Origin: Octopus bimaculoides
Taxonomy: Eukaryota
Length of the DNA stretch: 64,000 nucleotides
Reading direction: 5' to 3'
NCBI RefSeq assembly: GCF_001194135.2
Contig: NC_068982.1
Coordinates: 14,860,525 to 14,924,524 of the forward strand
Shown here: piece by piece, positions 11,483 to 24,292 of the stretch
Numbering within the stretch: the first letter of the stretch is position 1
How the letters are laid out: every line of letters starts with the position of its first letter
Made by a program: the position numbers and the translations under genes
Notes under the pieces: generated by a model
Databases searched by the model: none
Told to the model about the DNA's origin: nothing
What the model saw: the letters and a program-made list of their open reading frames with translations, nothing else

Positions 11483-11569
11483 TGCAGTATGATCGTTTCA
11501 TGCAACTCCATTTAATTGAACAATGTAATCATTACATCAATTTAAAATGCAGAGCAATCTTCAGCTGCA
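11483..11569 (-). ncRNA. Type-I hammerhead ribozyme (third family; one stem-III change)
   Basis: Minus: TGCAG-CTGAAGA-[long stem II capped by ATGTAATGATTACAT]-GAAAC-GATC-ATA-CTGCA. Perfect 5-bp stem I and palindromic GATC loop; ATA is explicable as CpG decay of GTA. Confidence 0.75.
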
Positions 11570-12954
11570 CAAAGACATAGAATTTAATTAAATTAGAATA
11601 GATGGACACATTAGAATAATTATACCTAAAATCTCCAAGAAGTTAAGGAGACAGACAGGGAACATCTTGCTTTAGCCATACCATGGAAGCTAATATATAT
11701 ATATAATAATATAAATATATAAACGTATGCAGATATCCATACATATATGTACATACCTACATCTATATGTATACATACATGCCTATATAGATACAGGACA
11801 TCAAAGAAACATTAAACACTATGAGAAACGAAAAACGATGCATGTATTTGTATATGTAAATATACATATATTCATACATATACATATATACAGACATCTA
11901 TACATGCATGCACACATGTGTGAATGTATTTGTGTGTGTACGTGTATATATATATTTATATATATATATATATATNNNNNNNNNNNNNNNNNNNNNNNNN
12001 NNNNNNNNNNNNNNNNNNNNNNNNNNNNNNNNNNNNNNNNNNNNNNNNNNNNNNNNNNNNNNNNNNNNNNNNNNNNNNNNNNTATTCATACATACACACA
12101 CACATATACATATTTATAAAAACAAGCATATATATACAATAGCCCTTCTTGTCAATTTCAGCTTATAAACATTTTCATGCCACTTATCCAGTTCAACATA
12201 CTCGTATACCGTTGACAGTGTGGTGTTGCCTCTATGAATATGAGGCATGCAATGCTCACCCAACATAGTACTGACAGCAAATAACAATGATTTTAATGTT
12301 AATTTGTCGTTTTTATGGCAACCAACTGGGAAAATAATGAATACACACTATATGTTACTCCACTTCATTTATATGGCTTTATCTTTTAACATTGCTTGCC
12401 TTTACAGGAATTGTCCTTCTCTTTACATAATTTTCAAGAAGAATCAGCATGACAACGCTGGATCTTTGGATTTCACTGACCCCTCCCTCACACATGCAGC
12501 TACATATTTGCATTTGTCTGTGTGTGTATATATACTACATATATATGTGTGTGTATGTATATATATNNNNNNNNNNNNNNNNNNNNNNNNNNNNNNNNNN
12601 NNNNNNNNNNNNNNNNNNNNNNNNNNNNNNNNNNNNNNNNNNNNNNNNNNNNNNNNNNNNNNNNNNNNNNNNNNNNNNNNNNNNNNNNNNNNNNNNNNNN
12701 NNNNNNNNNNNNNNNNNNNNNNNNNNNNNNNNNNNNNNNNNNNNNNNNNNNNNNNNNNNNNNNNNNNNNNNNNNNNNNNNNNNNNNNNNNNNNNNNNNNN
12801 NNNNNNNNNNNNNNNNNNNNNNNNNNNNNNNNNNNNNNNNNNNNNNNNNNNNNNNNNNNNNNNNNNNNNNNNNNNNNNNNNNNNNNNNNNNNNNNNNGTG
12901 TGTGTGCATGGTCATGGTCATGTGTGTGTGCATAGGCATGTGTGTGCACGGGCA

Positions 12955-13008
<54 letters not shown>

Positions 13009-13009
13009 G

Positions 13010-13019
13010 ATAGATAGAC

Positions 13020-13058
<39 letters not shown>

Positions 13059-13200
13059 CAGCTAGATAGATGGATAGACAGATAGATAGATAGATAGATA
13101 GACAGCTAGATAGATGGATAGACAGCTAGATAGATAGATAGACAGCTAGATAGATAGATAGACAGCTACATAGATAGAGAGATAGATAGATATATAGATA
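13010..13200 (+). repeat. (GATA)n / GACAGCTA(GATA)n compound satellite
   Basis: Directly visible tandem units. Confidence 0.95.
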
Positions 13201-13499
13201 TACACACTCAAACATACACATCAACACATAGAGAAATAGATAGATTGCAAAAAATATTTAAAACAGCTTATAACACATCCACACTCCCTAGGAGTAATGG
13301 TGTAAAACAAAATTGTACAGCATCATTTATAGAATTCTTCATAAAATTCTTCAAAACTGCAGCTACATGCATCCATGAACATGAAAATCTTCATTTAATT
13401 AAAATTAAATTCTGTAAGTGTTTGCTGCATGCTGTTATGTTTTGTGTGTATGTGTGTGTCATTTCTGTTAGTGCGTGTATGGCAGTGTCTCAGTATACA

Positions 13500-14780
13500 C
13501 ACACACACATACATAACATAGATATACATACATACACACACAAAATTCTGTGCATATATTAATACATTCAAAGTTACATATATACATACATATTCATACA
13601 TACATACATACATACATATACACATATACATATTCATATATTTACATTCAAATGCACACTCCCTCAAGACACATGCACATACACACACATATATACATAC
13701 ACATACATGTCTATATGTACAAATGTATGTATGTATATTTAACTTAATACATATGCATATTTATATATGTATATATGTATATGTATGTGTATATATCTAT
13801 ACATCTATACATTTATGTGTATATATCTATACATCTATATATATATATATATATATATTCACAGGCTTGTGTATATACATACAAGTATATTTGTATTTAT
13901 ACGTATGTATTTATATATATATACATGTAATTATACATATGTATTTGCAACGTATGTATTTATATATATATACATGTAATTATACATATGTATTTGCATG
14001 GCTGCAGATACTCACAAACACACACATATTCTAACATACTTATTTCATACATACATACATATGCATATATATATATTTATATATCATATAAATGAAATTT
14101 ACTTAGAAAATTATATATTTATGTTTGTTTGTCTATATTTGATAAGTTTCATCCATGTCATAGCTTGATACAGGTGTTTGTGAGTACGTCAACGAACTTC
14201 ACTGAAATGAGTATAGAGTTTGGCAAAGAGAATGCGAACTTTTAAATTCAAATTTCATATTCTTCCAAAACTCTTGCACAACTATCTTTTGTTTTTGAAC
14301 ATTTTTACACCATATTTATCCAATATACAAACATTAATGTATAACTAATATATAACCATATATATATGAGGAGTATATTATAAGTGTGGACATAGACAGA
14401 TAGATTGATAGCCAGACACGATATTTTAATTAAATCCATCGTTAGCTAGCTGTACATGCACCCCACAACACACAAATGCACATATGCACGCATGTGCACA
14501 TTATCTTTAAGTCAATAGAATTTTAAATATAAATAAGTAAAAAAATTTTAATTTATATACTTTGTCCAACCCATGCTAGCATGGAAAGTGGACATTAAAC
14601 GATGATGACACTCATGCATTGATCTCTTGTTTAACCTGTTTATTCTACTACATACATTGTGTGTGTGTATATATGTATATACATACATACATATATATAT
14701 ATATACATATATATATACACACACACATATATACACACATATACATATATATATACACACACACATATATATATATATAT

Positions 14781-14843
<63 letters not shown>

Positions 14844-15117
14844 NNNNNNNNNNNNNNNNNNNNNNNNNNNNNNNNNNNNNNNNNNNNNNNNNNNNNNNNN
14901 NNNNNNNNNNNNNNNNNNNNNNNNNNNNNNNNNNNNNNNNNNNNNNNNNNNNNNNNNNNNNNNNNNNNNNNNNNNNNNNNNNNNNNNNNNNNNNNNNNNN
15001 NNNNNNNNNNNNNNNNNNNNNNNNNNNNNNNNNNNNNNNNNNNNNNNNNNNNNNNNNNNNNNNNNNNNNNNNNNNNNNNNNNNNNNNNNNNNNNNNNNNN
15101 NNNNNNNNNNNNNNNNN

Positions 15118-15174
<57 letters not shown>

Positions 15175-15180
15175 TATGTA
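13500..15180. repeat. Extended degenerate (TA)/(CA) microsatellite domain with gap
   Basis: Directly visible; source of the YI/HT/CV pseudo-ORFs. Contains a short RTE tail at 14563-14610. Confidence 0.9.
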
Positions 15181-15553
15181 TATGTTATTGAATGGGAGAG
15201 GGAGAGAGAAGCATGTACTTTGTATTATGTCATGAATTTTTCTTTTCATTTGTTTATATGCCTAAAACACCTGATGTTGTGGTGACTGCATCTTTGTAGT
15301 TGCTGCATGCTGGTGCATATCTCACCACGATATGCATGTGCATGCAATCGCTCGTGTGTGCAATTAAAATGAATGTGCGGATGCAAAAACTAAAAGGAAA
15401 ATAAAGAAAAGAAAGTAACAGTTTCCGAACAATTGCTATTATTCAATCAATGAAAGTAACGTTTAAAGAAGTGGGGGGAAAAAAAAAGAAATTTCTAACT
15501 TGAATTTTTGTTTTGTAAGGAACTAATTCTACTGTGAAATGCATTTAACTCAC

Positions 15554-15780
15554 CTTGGTCTTATCCATGTCTGCTGTGCTACAAGGGTTGTCAACATATG
15601 TGCTTTTTAAATTCTCCCTGAATAGAGGGAGAAACATCTTGCAGTAATCGATAACATGTGTGTAAACATGAATCCAACGGAAGATAAGAATGACTAAATG
15701 ATGCTGTTGCTGTATCTGTAATGCGCTGTCTTTCTTTTCTCCACACACACACACCCCACCTCCCTGCTTGACCCTCAGCC
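15554..15780 (-). other. Candidate first exon of a minus-strand gene (start uncertain)
   Basis: Consensus donor AAG|GTGAGT after 15554. Open frame MFLPLFRENLKSTYVDNPCSTADMDKTK ends in phase 0; gacATGG context at MDKTK. Unique sequence, (GA)n tract upstream, CpGs retained nearby. No homologue recognised. Confidence 0.4.
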
Positions 15781-15869
15781 CTCTATTGCTATAACACTTT
15801 CTTTCTATCACTCTCTCTCTCAAGTACTATTGGTATTTCTCTCTGTCTCTCCCTCCCTCCCCCTTCTCT

Positions 15870-15882
15870 TTGAGTCTCTCTC

Positions 15883-15937
<55 letters not shown>
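15870..15937. repeat. (CT)n/(GA)n microsatellite
   Basis: Directly visible. Confidence 0.95.
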
Positions 15938-15942
<5 letters not shown>

Positions 15943-16074
15943 GTTTGACTGAAAGTGCTGCCATTTATTTCCTCTAATCACAACTGCCAGCACTGTTTGC
16001 AGATGTGGAATAAGTATTATTTGCAGAGTTATTTGTAATAACAATAATAATAGTAATAATAATAACAATAATAA

Positions 16075-17405
16075 TTTCAAATTTTGCCACAGGGCAGTCA
16101 TTTTGGTGGGGAGGGGATGAGTCGATTACATCGACCCCCCCCCCCCCCNNNNNNNNNNNNNNNNNNNNNNNNNNNNNNNNNNNNNNNNNNNNNNNNNNNN
16201 NNNNNNNNNNNCCGTGTTCAACTGGGACTTACTTTATCAACCCCGAAAGGATGAAAGGTAGATCCTTTCTACTTAAGGCGCAAAGTCTGAAAATTAGGGG
16301 AGAGGGGCAGTCGATCACATCAACCCAGTACTCAACTGGGACTTATTACACCACCCTGAAAGGGTCAAAGGCAAAGTCAACCTCTGGATTTGAACTCTAA
16401 AAGTAAAGATGAACGAAATTCTATTAAGCATTTTGCCCTGCAGGCTAACGATTCTGCCAGCTCACCACCTCAATAATAATAATAATAATAATCTTTTCTA
16501 CTCTAGGCACAAGATCCGAAATTTTGGGGGTGGGAGCCAATCGATATGATTGACCCCCAATATGCAACTGGTACTTATTTATCTGCCCCAAAAGGAGGAA
16601 AGGCAAAGTTTACCTTGGCAGAATTTGAACTCAGAATGTAAAGACAGATGAAATACCACTAAGAATTTCACCCGGTGTGCTAACGTTTCTACCACCTTAA
16701 TAATAATAATAATAATCTTTTCTACTGGAGGCACAGGGCCTCAAATTTGGGGGAAAGGATTAAGTTGATTACATCGATCCCAGTGCGTAACTGGTGCTTA
16801 TCTAATTGACCCCGAAAGGATGAAAGGCAAAGTTAACCCTGGCGAGATTTGAACTCAGAACATAGCGGCAGACGAAATACCACTAAGCATTTCGCCCAGC
16901 GTGCTTATATAATAATAATAATAATCTTTTCTACTCTAGGCACAAGGCCTGAAATGTTTAGGGAGGGCAGGGGCCAGTCGATTAGATCGACCCTAGTACA
17001 CAACTGGTACTTAATTTATCAACCCCGAAAGGATGAAAGGCAAAGTCGACCCCAACAGGATTTGAACTCAGAATGTAGCAGCAGACGAAATACCACTAAG
17101 CATTTCGCCCGGCGTACTAATATGATAATAATAATAATAATAATAATCAGAAGAAGAATAGAAGTTGTCCTTATTATTAATATTATTAAGGCAACAAGCT
17201 GGCAGAATCATTTGTGAATTGGACAAAAAGCTTAGTGGTATTTTTTCTGGTGCTGTCCAGTCTGAGTTCAAATTCTACTGAGATCAACTTTGCTTTGTAT
17301 TCTATCAGAGTCGGTAGAGGAAGTACTCATTGAGCACTGGGGTTAATGCAATCAACTTTCCACCTCTCCCTAAAACTGCTGGCCTTGTGCCTATAGTAGA
17401 AAAAA
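16075..17405. mobile_element. Cluster of about 6 family B SINEs separated by (AAT)n (five on -, last on +)
   Basis: Repeated CCCCGAAAGGATGAAAGGCAAAGT…GAATTTGAACTCAGAA…GACGAAATACCACTAAGCATTTCGCCC units at about 16075, 16310, 16493, 16717, 16925; inverted copy at 17185-17405. Confidence 0.9.
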
Positions 17406-17879
17406 TTATTATTATAAACTCTTATTCGGTGTTGGTGGTTATGACTTTTTTGTAACTATAGTAGAAAGAATTGGTATTATTATTTCTAATGTATCCACAA
17501 GGCCACGCATTAGGAGAGAAGAGGTTAGTTAATCAAACGAACTCCAGTATTTGGCTAGTGTTTAACTTAACCAACATGAGAAGGCAGAAAGGTGAAGTTG
17601 TTTTGGAGGACATAAATGCTGTTTTCACAAGTGTAAGAGTAAAATCTTTGGAAGATTAAATACTCAGTTGAGTTAAATTGACCAAAAAACTGAACTTCCT
17701 GCTTGAAAATCACCTGAGTGTTGGACCAAAACACCTGTGATACTTAGTTATGACCATTTCTATTTTGAGTTCAAATCCTGCTGTGGCAGGCTGTGCCTGT
17801 TATCCTTCTGAGGACTTGGTAAAATGAGGTACCCTGTATATGAGATAAGCATAGTTTATATCTGTTTTGGAATGATGGC

Positions 17880-19700
17880 TTCAGAGTACTGTTAGTAGCT
17901 TCCTATTTTAGTCCAAGTTCTTCAATTCCTTTAACATAGTTATATTAATTTTGTCATTTATAACTGTGATGGTTTGTGTATTTATGCCTATTATCTTATT
18001 TCTAGTACTGAATTCAGTTTTTAATATTAGTCCCGTTTTTAATAGCAGGGTTTAGCAAAATAGTAAAAATGGTTGATAAGTCTCTCTCTCCTAAAGGTCC
18101 CTCTTATGGATTTAGGGCTGGTTTTAATTATTTTCTCTTTTGTCTTTTGTTGATATGTTGACTTTCCACTTTCACATGGCAAAATTGATGTGTGTAGTTA
18201 ATATTGGCATCTCTTTTCATGGACGGTTTCTAGGATCCCACAATGTGATTTGCTATTAAATGCTTTCCTCTTTTTGCTGTCTTCTGTCCTCACCATTTCA
18301 CCTGTCACTGTTCTTTGAAGTCATGCATCCCTTTCTGGCTTCCTTTCTATTCTTCTGTTAATATATCATTACCCTTTTGTTACAGAATAAACATTTGGAG
18401 TTTTCTATGTTGGCATGTAAGTTATAAACTTATTTTTTTAAGGGGACCCATGGAACTTTTGTGGAATCAGTGTTATTCACCTCTCTAGCACCTATGCACA
18501 TTTTGATTTTGGTCTGCTTACCAGTTCATTGAATGCTATTGCTCTACATACTCATAGGTGGTGGTCAGTTGCTTTAACTAGGAATTAGGGATTTTGTCAA
18601 TCCCAAATGCTTTCCATTTGCTTTTAATATATTGGTCTTAATATATTGGTGAGTTCTTTACTGGTTATAGTGGTCCATACATGAGATGCTATCATATATG
18701 TGTGAGATGGTGGTATTTTCTCTCTCTTTCTGATCCATTGTATTTTTTATTTTATTATGCTAAATTTCTTTTTTCACCCATTATTCCACTTCATACATTT
18801 CAATTTCTTTTGATTTTGACATTTCCTCCAGGGTTGTGCATTTTGTGAAATGTTTAAGTGTTCATTTGCATACCTTGTTCTCCTAGAAGCGCTCACAGTT
18901 TTTCAAAGCATCTTATCCTATTTGCTTTTTACTGACACAGTTGGTTTCAGCTTTACTTTTTCCACATCTAGAGAACATCTATTTCTTTTATTGATATCAT
19001 ACTTTTTTTTTTATCCCTATGTTGACTCCGTCTCTTTTCAATGAAAGGCTAGGGCTTTACATTTATATTTTTTTTTTTCAATTTATGTAGTACATTTGCT
19101 TTCTTTTTTATCGTGGAATGCGAACTCAAGAAGGTCTGACCCTATTAAGGCCAAACCTGTTGTCCCTTGATATTATCAGTACTACAAATATATTGCATTA
19201 CTCCGTATCTCGATTTTGAAGTAGCTCATTTCCATAGACAGAATTTCTTATAGAGCCTTCTTACATTTATTTACTCTTCCATAGAGCTGCTTGTTCATAT
19301 GTAACCTGAGCAGATGTTTGCATTCATCCATGTTCATCTTGCGTTCCCTTCTATTTTCTTTATTGTTTCTCCTAATTCCTCCTCAATGTTAACTTCCGTT
19401 GATTCGCTGTCATGTGTGTTTTTATTGTTTGTTGTTCAATGTGAGGCTGGAGGTATACATTTGTTGTGACTGTATTTCACTGAATGTTTCCATGGTGACT
19501 TCTAGAGCTTTCATTATCATTTTGGATTTTAGTTATAATTTCTTTTTTCATTCTCTCTATTTTTGATTTATTGTAATACCTTGTTTCCTCTGCTGTAGTT
19601 GTTCTGTAAGATTTCCACTATGTTTTGAGGGCTCATCTATTGTTTCTCATCTCTGTTGTGCTGCTTTTTTTTTTTTCTTTCATTTAAAAAAAAATTTTTT
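17880..19700 (-). mobile_element. Highly decayed R4/Dong-clade non-LTR retrotransposon (N-terminal region into RT)
   Basis: Minus translation fragments KWKAFGIDKIPNS*LKQL (cf. WKsPG.D.I.NFWLK), EARKGCM (EQKGC) and GPLGERDLSTIFTILLNP (GIFQGDSLSPLLF..LNP); many stops and frameshifts. Confidence 0.6.
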
Positions 19701-19737
19701 TACCGAATCTTATATGTTTTCTCTGTATGTCTTTGCA

Positions 19738-20035
19738 AGCTAGCAGAATAATTACCACACCAGGCAAAACAGTTAGCAACAAGCTGTCTGTCTATATGTC
19801 CTGAGTTCAAATTCCATTGAGATTAATTTTGCCTTTCATCCTTTCAGAGTCGATAAAATAAGTACCAGATGAAGGCTGGTGTTAATGTAATCAATTTGCC
19901 TCTCATCTAAAATTACTGGCCTTTTGCCAAAATTTTAAACCATTATTATTATTATAAAATGAACACCAGTTGTGCAATGGAGTCGATATAATCAACTAAC
20001 CTCCTCCCCTCAGAATTTCAGGCCTTGTGCCTATA
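19738..20035 (+). mobile_element. Family B SINE plus a partial second copy
   Basis: GCAAGCTAGCAGAAT…CTGAGTTCAAATTCC…GCCTTTCATCCTTTC…AAAATAAGTACCAG. Confidence 0.8.
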
Positions 20036-20044
20036 TCCAGATGG

Positions 20045-20520
20045 ATTATTATTATCATCATCATTATTATTTCTCTTTATCACAAGTTTTGTTGGAACTC
20101 CTGGAGTCTTGCTACCTGCAGCCTACGGTACCATGCTAGCCATTCTTTTCAGCTATCTAATACATTCCTGATTATTCTGGCCATGCCAAGGAGGGAAACC
20201 TCAAACCTTTTGTAACAGTTCTACTGGGCACCCTATTCCAATTTCCTTGATATTCCTCTTGATGCTTTCTGATACTGTTCCCAAGGACCCAATAATAATT
20301 GGCACTATCTTCACCTTCTTCATTTTCTATAACTGGGCTGTTTTGTACTTAAGAGGGTTGTATCTATCTATCTTTTCGCCTTCCTTCTTGACTATTCATG
20401 GTTCAAAGGGGTATGCAACATCAACTATATAGCATATGTGGTGCACCTTGTCCACCACCACTAGGTCCGGTCTGTTATGCTTTAGCACCTGATCTGTTTG
20501 GATTGGGGAGTCCCAAGGAT
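20045..20520 (-). mobile_element. R4/Dong-clade LINE 3' end: restriction-like endonuclease domain (pseudogene)
   Basis: Minus translation …PIQTDQVLKHNRPDLVVVDKVHHICYIVDVAYPF…KEGEKIDRY..LK…KKVKIVPIIIGSLG matches the PD..D…K.EK..KY RLE signature; flanked by (TTA)n/(TAG)n. Confidence 0.85.
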
Positions 20521-20547
20521 TATTGTTATCATTATTATTATTATTAT

Positions 20548-20600
<53 letters not shown>

Positions 20601-20801
20601 AAACTGGGAAAAGTTATTGAAAATTTTTGTTTCCTTTTGTCATATGTAATATGTGAAAGTTTGTGCCCATCTTCACTTAATCACTTGTTATTTATCAACA
20701 TCACCCAAAAATGCAGAATTCTTGAAGGTGAAATATAATGTTGTGATGTGCATACCATTCTCAAAGGTGTCTAGAAATAACAGAAAGGAAGGGAAATGGT
20801 T

Positions 20802-21013
20802 TTAACCCTTTAACATTTAAACCAGCCATATCTGTTCCAAACATTCTACCTGTTTTATGTTCAAACCATCCAAATCCAGCCCCTCACATCTACCCTGCAA
20901 TATCATTCTCAAAGATAAACAATCACATCTTCGAAATCTCAGTTTGATTAATTCTTAACAATGTAAATAAATAAGTGTTAAATTTGACAGTAATCTCAAT
21001 GCTAAAGGGTTAA
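20802..21013 (-). mobile_element. MITE family D, complete
   Basis: TTAA at both ends; TIRs TTAACCCTTTAACATT / AATGCTAAAGGGTTAA. Confidence 0.88.
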
Positions 21014-21342
21014 TCAGGAATTTCAACCAAATTGTGAACTTAGCATTGCTAAAACTAAAATCTCACCTTCAAAGGTTGAACATTGCAAATACATTCCTGA
21101 GTAAATGAACCTTTATTTCAGTCTTTTGTAAAACCCAAATCTTTCCCTTCATTTATGGTGACCTTTGGTTGAATTCCTCAGTTTCATTTATAATTTTCAA
21201 TCTCTTCTGGTTTCCTTTGTTTATTAAATGGTCTTACATTACTTTAGAATTATAAAGGTTTTCACTTATAAATCTCGATAAACTATACTCATGTAGCATT
21301 ATAAGATTTTAGTCCATCTTTCAGGAAGCTTGTATTCTTTAC

Positions 21343-21526
21343 TCTCTTTTTACTCTTTTACTTGTTTCAGTCATTTGACTGCAGCCATGCTGGAGCACCG
21401 CCTTTAATCGAGCAAATCGACCCCAGGACTTATTCTTTGTAAGCCTAGTACTTATTCTATTGGTTTCTTTTGCTGAACCGTTAAGTTACGGGGATGTAAA
21501 CACACCAGCATCGGTTGTCAAGCAAT
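21343..21526 (-). mobile_element. SINE family A tail running into a gap
   Basis: Reverse complement of the 7760-7949 tail. Confidence 0.9.
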
Positions 21527-22061
21527 NNNNNNNNNNNNNNNNNNNNNNNNNNNNNNNNNNNNNNNNNNNNNNNNNNNNNNNNNNNNNNNNNNNNNNNNNN
21601 NNNNNNNNNNNNNNNNNNNNNNNNNNNNNNNNNNNNNNNNNNNNNNNNNNNNNNNNNNNNNNNNNNNNNNNNNNNNNNNNNNNNNNNNNNNNNNNNNNNN
21701 NNNNNNNNNNNNNNNNNNNNNNNNNNNNNNNNNNNNNNNNNNNNNNNNNNNNNNNNNNNNNNNNNNNNNNNNNNNNNNNNNNNNNNNNNNNNNNNNNNNN
21801 NNNNNNNNNNNNNNNNNNNNTATCTAAATGAACATTGGGTTTAATTAGCAATCTCCTTGGAATACCCTTAAAAGCTGTACTCTAGTTATGTCTTGATAGG
21901 AAATATTAAAAAGAAAAAAGTATAAAATGTCTGTCTTTATCCATAGACATTCCATCCGATTATTCTTTCATTCTCGACCAAACTTGCTTTGGAACATCTT
22001 CAAAAAATCACAAGGCTAATTTCTGTTGGGTGGTGAGTAGTCAGTTAAGTTAATTTTAGTT

Positions 22062-22205
22062 ATATATCTCGTTAGTTACTTTGTATATATATCATTAGTT
22101 ACTTTATATATATATATATATATCGTTAGTTACTTTATGTATATATCGTTAGTTACTTTATGTATATATCGTTAGTTACTTTATTATATTGTTAGTAACT
22201 TTATC
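22062..22205 (+). repeat. Minisatellite, unit ~TATATATCGTTAGTTACTTTATG, about 6 copies
   Basis: Directly visible. Confidence 0.9.
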
Positions 22206-22474
22206 GACACTAGAATTACAACAAGCAAAGTCGATAATGACTGTTTTCACCTCATCCAATATATTGGACCATGCTCAAATTAATATCAATCAACACAATC
22301 CCTCCAATACCCCCTAACACCTCTGTCTTATCAATGCCTCGAACCTTATCAACCCTTAGTTATGTGTTAACCAAATTAAAAGCATTGAAGGAATGAATTG
22401 TTAATATTCATTCTATAAGGAGCGTACTCACTATCCAGAATTACAGAAAGCACTTGTTTTCAGCAAGTAATTTT

Positions 22475-22519
22475 ATTATTATTATTATTATTATTATTAT
22501 AAATATCATCATCATCACC

Positions 22520-22587
<68 letters not shown>

Positions 22588-22600
22588 TATTATTAATATT
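22475..22600. repeat. Compound (ATT)(ATC)(ACC) trinucleotide microsatellite
   Basis: Directly visible. Confidence 0.95.
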
Positions 22601-23692
22601 ATGTTTCTTGTTATGAATCAACCATTATACTTTTATTGAATTATGTTATTAGAATATCAGGAGCTTGGAATAGAAACACCAGATATCATGCTATCTGTGA
22701 TACATCTTTCTCTCGGCATAAAATGACTTTTTATTATTATTGGCCACTTACGTCTCAGATAATATTGTAATATTGTAACAGACATAGCAACCCCAATTTT
22801 TTTAGGAGTTATTTTTTGTAGTTTTTTTTTTTTCTCTTTTAATCATTTAACTCATTATAATATTAACCTCTAAGTTTTGTTATCGTTCACAAATAATTAG
22901 AGATAAACGAGTGCTTCTGTATCTACACTGAACAAGAACAATATATGAAAGCAAATTTCAATGTCAGCTTTCTCTCACAAATGAAGCTATTATTACTGAT
23001 ATTGTCTCTTTCCATAATATTATATTCAAATGGTTTTAAATGATCAAAAGTACTTACTCATTAAGCTCCGAAAAATGCATTTGTTCATTTGCAATCAATG
23101 TCCAGTGCAAGAATGTTTGGTCTTTGGACAGAACACTTAATTCTACATGCATCATTTTCAACGCCTAGTTGGTGTGATGCATGTAAAGGTATCAGAATTT
23201 GGGTTCTATATGTACTTAATTCAATACAAGAATAACATACCTATAACCACCAGAACTTTGGTTAATGAGTGAGCCCCTATGCAGTCATTTAACCTGCAAG
23301 AAAAAGTAACCAAATCTCCTCCAAATCACATTCTACCAACTTAAAAAATATATGAACACCATCATCATTTAACATTCACTTTCCATGCTGTCATGGAGTG
23401 CACTGTACCTGGAAAGTGTAAAACCAAATAGCCACAGCTTGAATACCTTTCATTATAGATTTACTGGATCAGAAATGACCAGTGGCTAACCAAGAACAAC
23501 ACTCACTAGATCATTGGGAATAGTTACCTGCAGCAAGTTGGCACTCTTAATCAAAGAGAAATTTACCTTCTCATCTTAATACCAAAGAATTAAGAACTAA
23601 TGTACTGGACTTCTTAAACCTTTTAACTAGTGGAAACTATTACCATTAGTGTAGCAGATATTGATATCTATTTTAATCTATCATGGTAAGAG

Positions 23693-24056
23693 CTGACATG
23701 GCTGAGTGGTTGAAAAACTTGCTTCCTCGCTTCATGGCATCTTGGACAAGTAAGTGTCTTCTATGATAACCCCAAGCCAATCAAAGTCTTGTGAGTGGAT
23801 TTGGTTGACAGAAACTGAAAGAAGTCTATTGCATGTGTGTGTGTGCTTGTGTGTACCTTTGTCCAGACATCATGTGATAGTTGTAGAGGAGCAACATTGT
23901 CATAAAAGGTTATTTTTATTCCTAGGCCATTGGGAAATGTTACCTTGCTTGGAAGCAGGTGAGGGTTGGCAATAGAAAGGACATCCAGCTGTAGAAAATC
24001 AGTCTTAACAAATTTCGTCTGACCCATGCAAGCATGGAAAAGAAGACATTAAATTA
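23693..24056 (+). mobile_element. SINE family A2 (RTE-like tail)
   Basis: A-type head; tail …GGTTGGCAATAGAAAGGACATCCAGCTGTAGAAAATC…CCCATGCAAGCATGGAAAAG. Confidence 0.8.
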
Positions 24057-24064
24057 ATCATTTG

Positions 24065-24292
24065 TTAACCTTTTGTTACCATATTTCTATTGAGATGTTC
24101 TGTGTTTCTTTCAATTAATTTTAGATATAACAAGGAATTTAATAAAATAACTCCGTTATCATTAAGCTGGTGTTAGGAACATAAATTGTGACTAAGGTTT
24201 GGTGGAAGATTTTAATTCAAAACTTATGAAAACAAGAAATTTGTACTCAGAGCCAGAGCCAGTTTCAGCTGGGTTGGTAATGAAAGGGTTAA
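24065..24292 (+). mobile_element. MITE family D2 (TTAA termini); related fragments at ~50770-50970 and ~53605-53740
   Basis: TIRs TTAACCTTTTGTTACC / GGTAATGAAAGGGTTAA. Confidence 0.8.

Noticed and set aside
12150-12270. 50-aa minus ORF (MLGEHC…YEYVELDKWHENVYKLK) after a possible acceptor
   Set aside because: No homology recognised, no good donor, and its phase does not fit the phase-0 exon at 15554.
11727-15285. Numerous long ORFs (130-256 aa)
   Set aside because: Made of (TA)/(CA)/(TG) microsatellites and N-gaps ([13 protein letters not shown] runs).
16075-17405. Regularly spaced repeats resembling a CRISPR array
   Set aside because: Units are ~200-bp SINEs separated by microsatellites in eukaryotic DNA.
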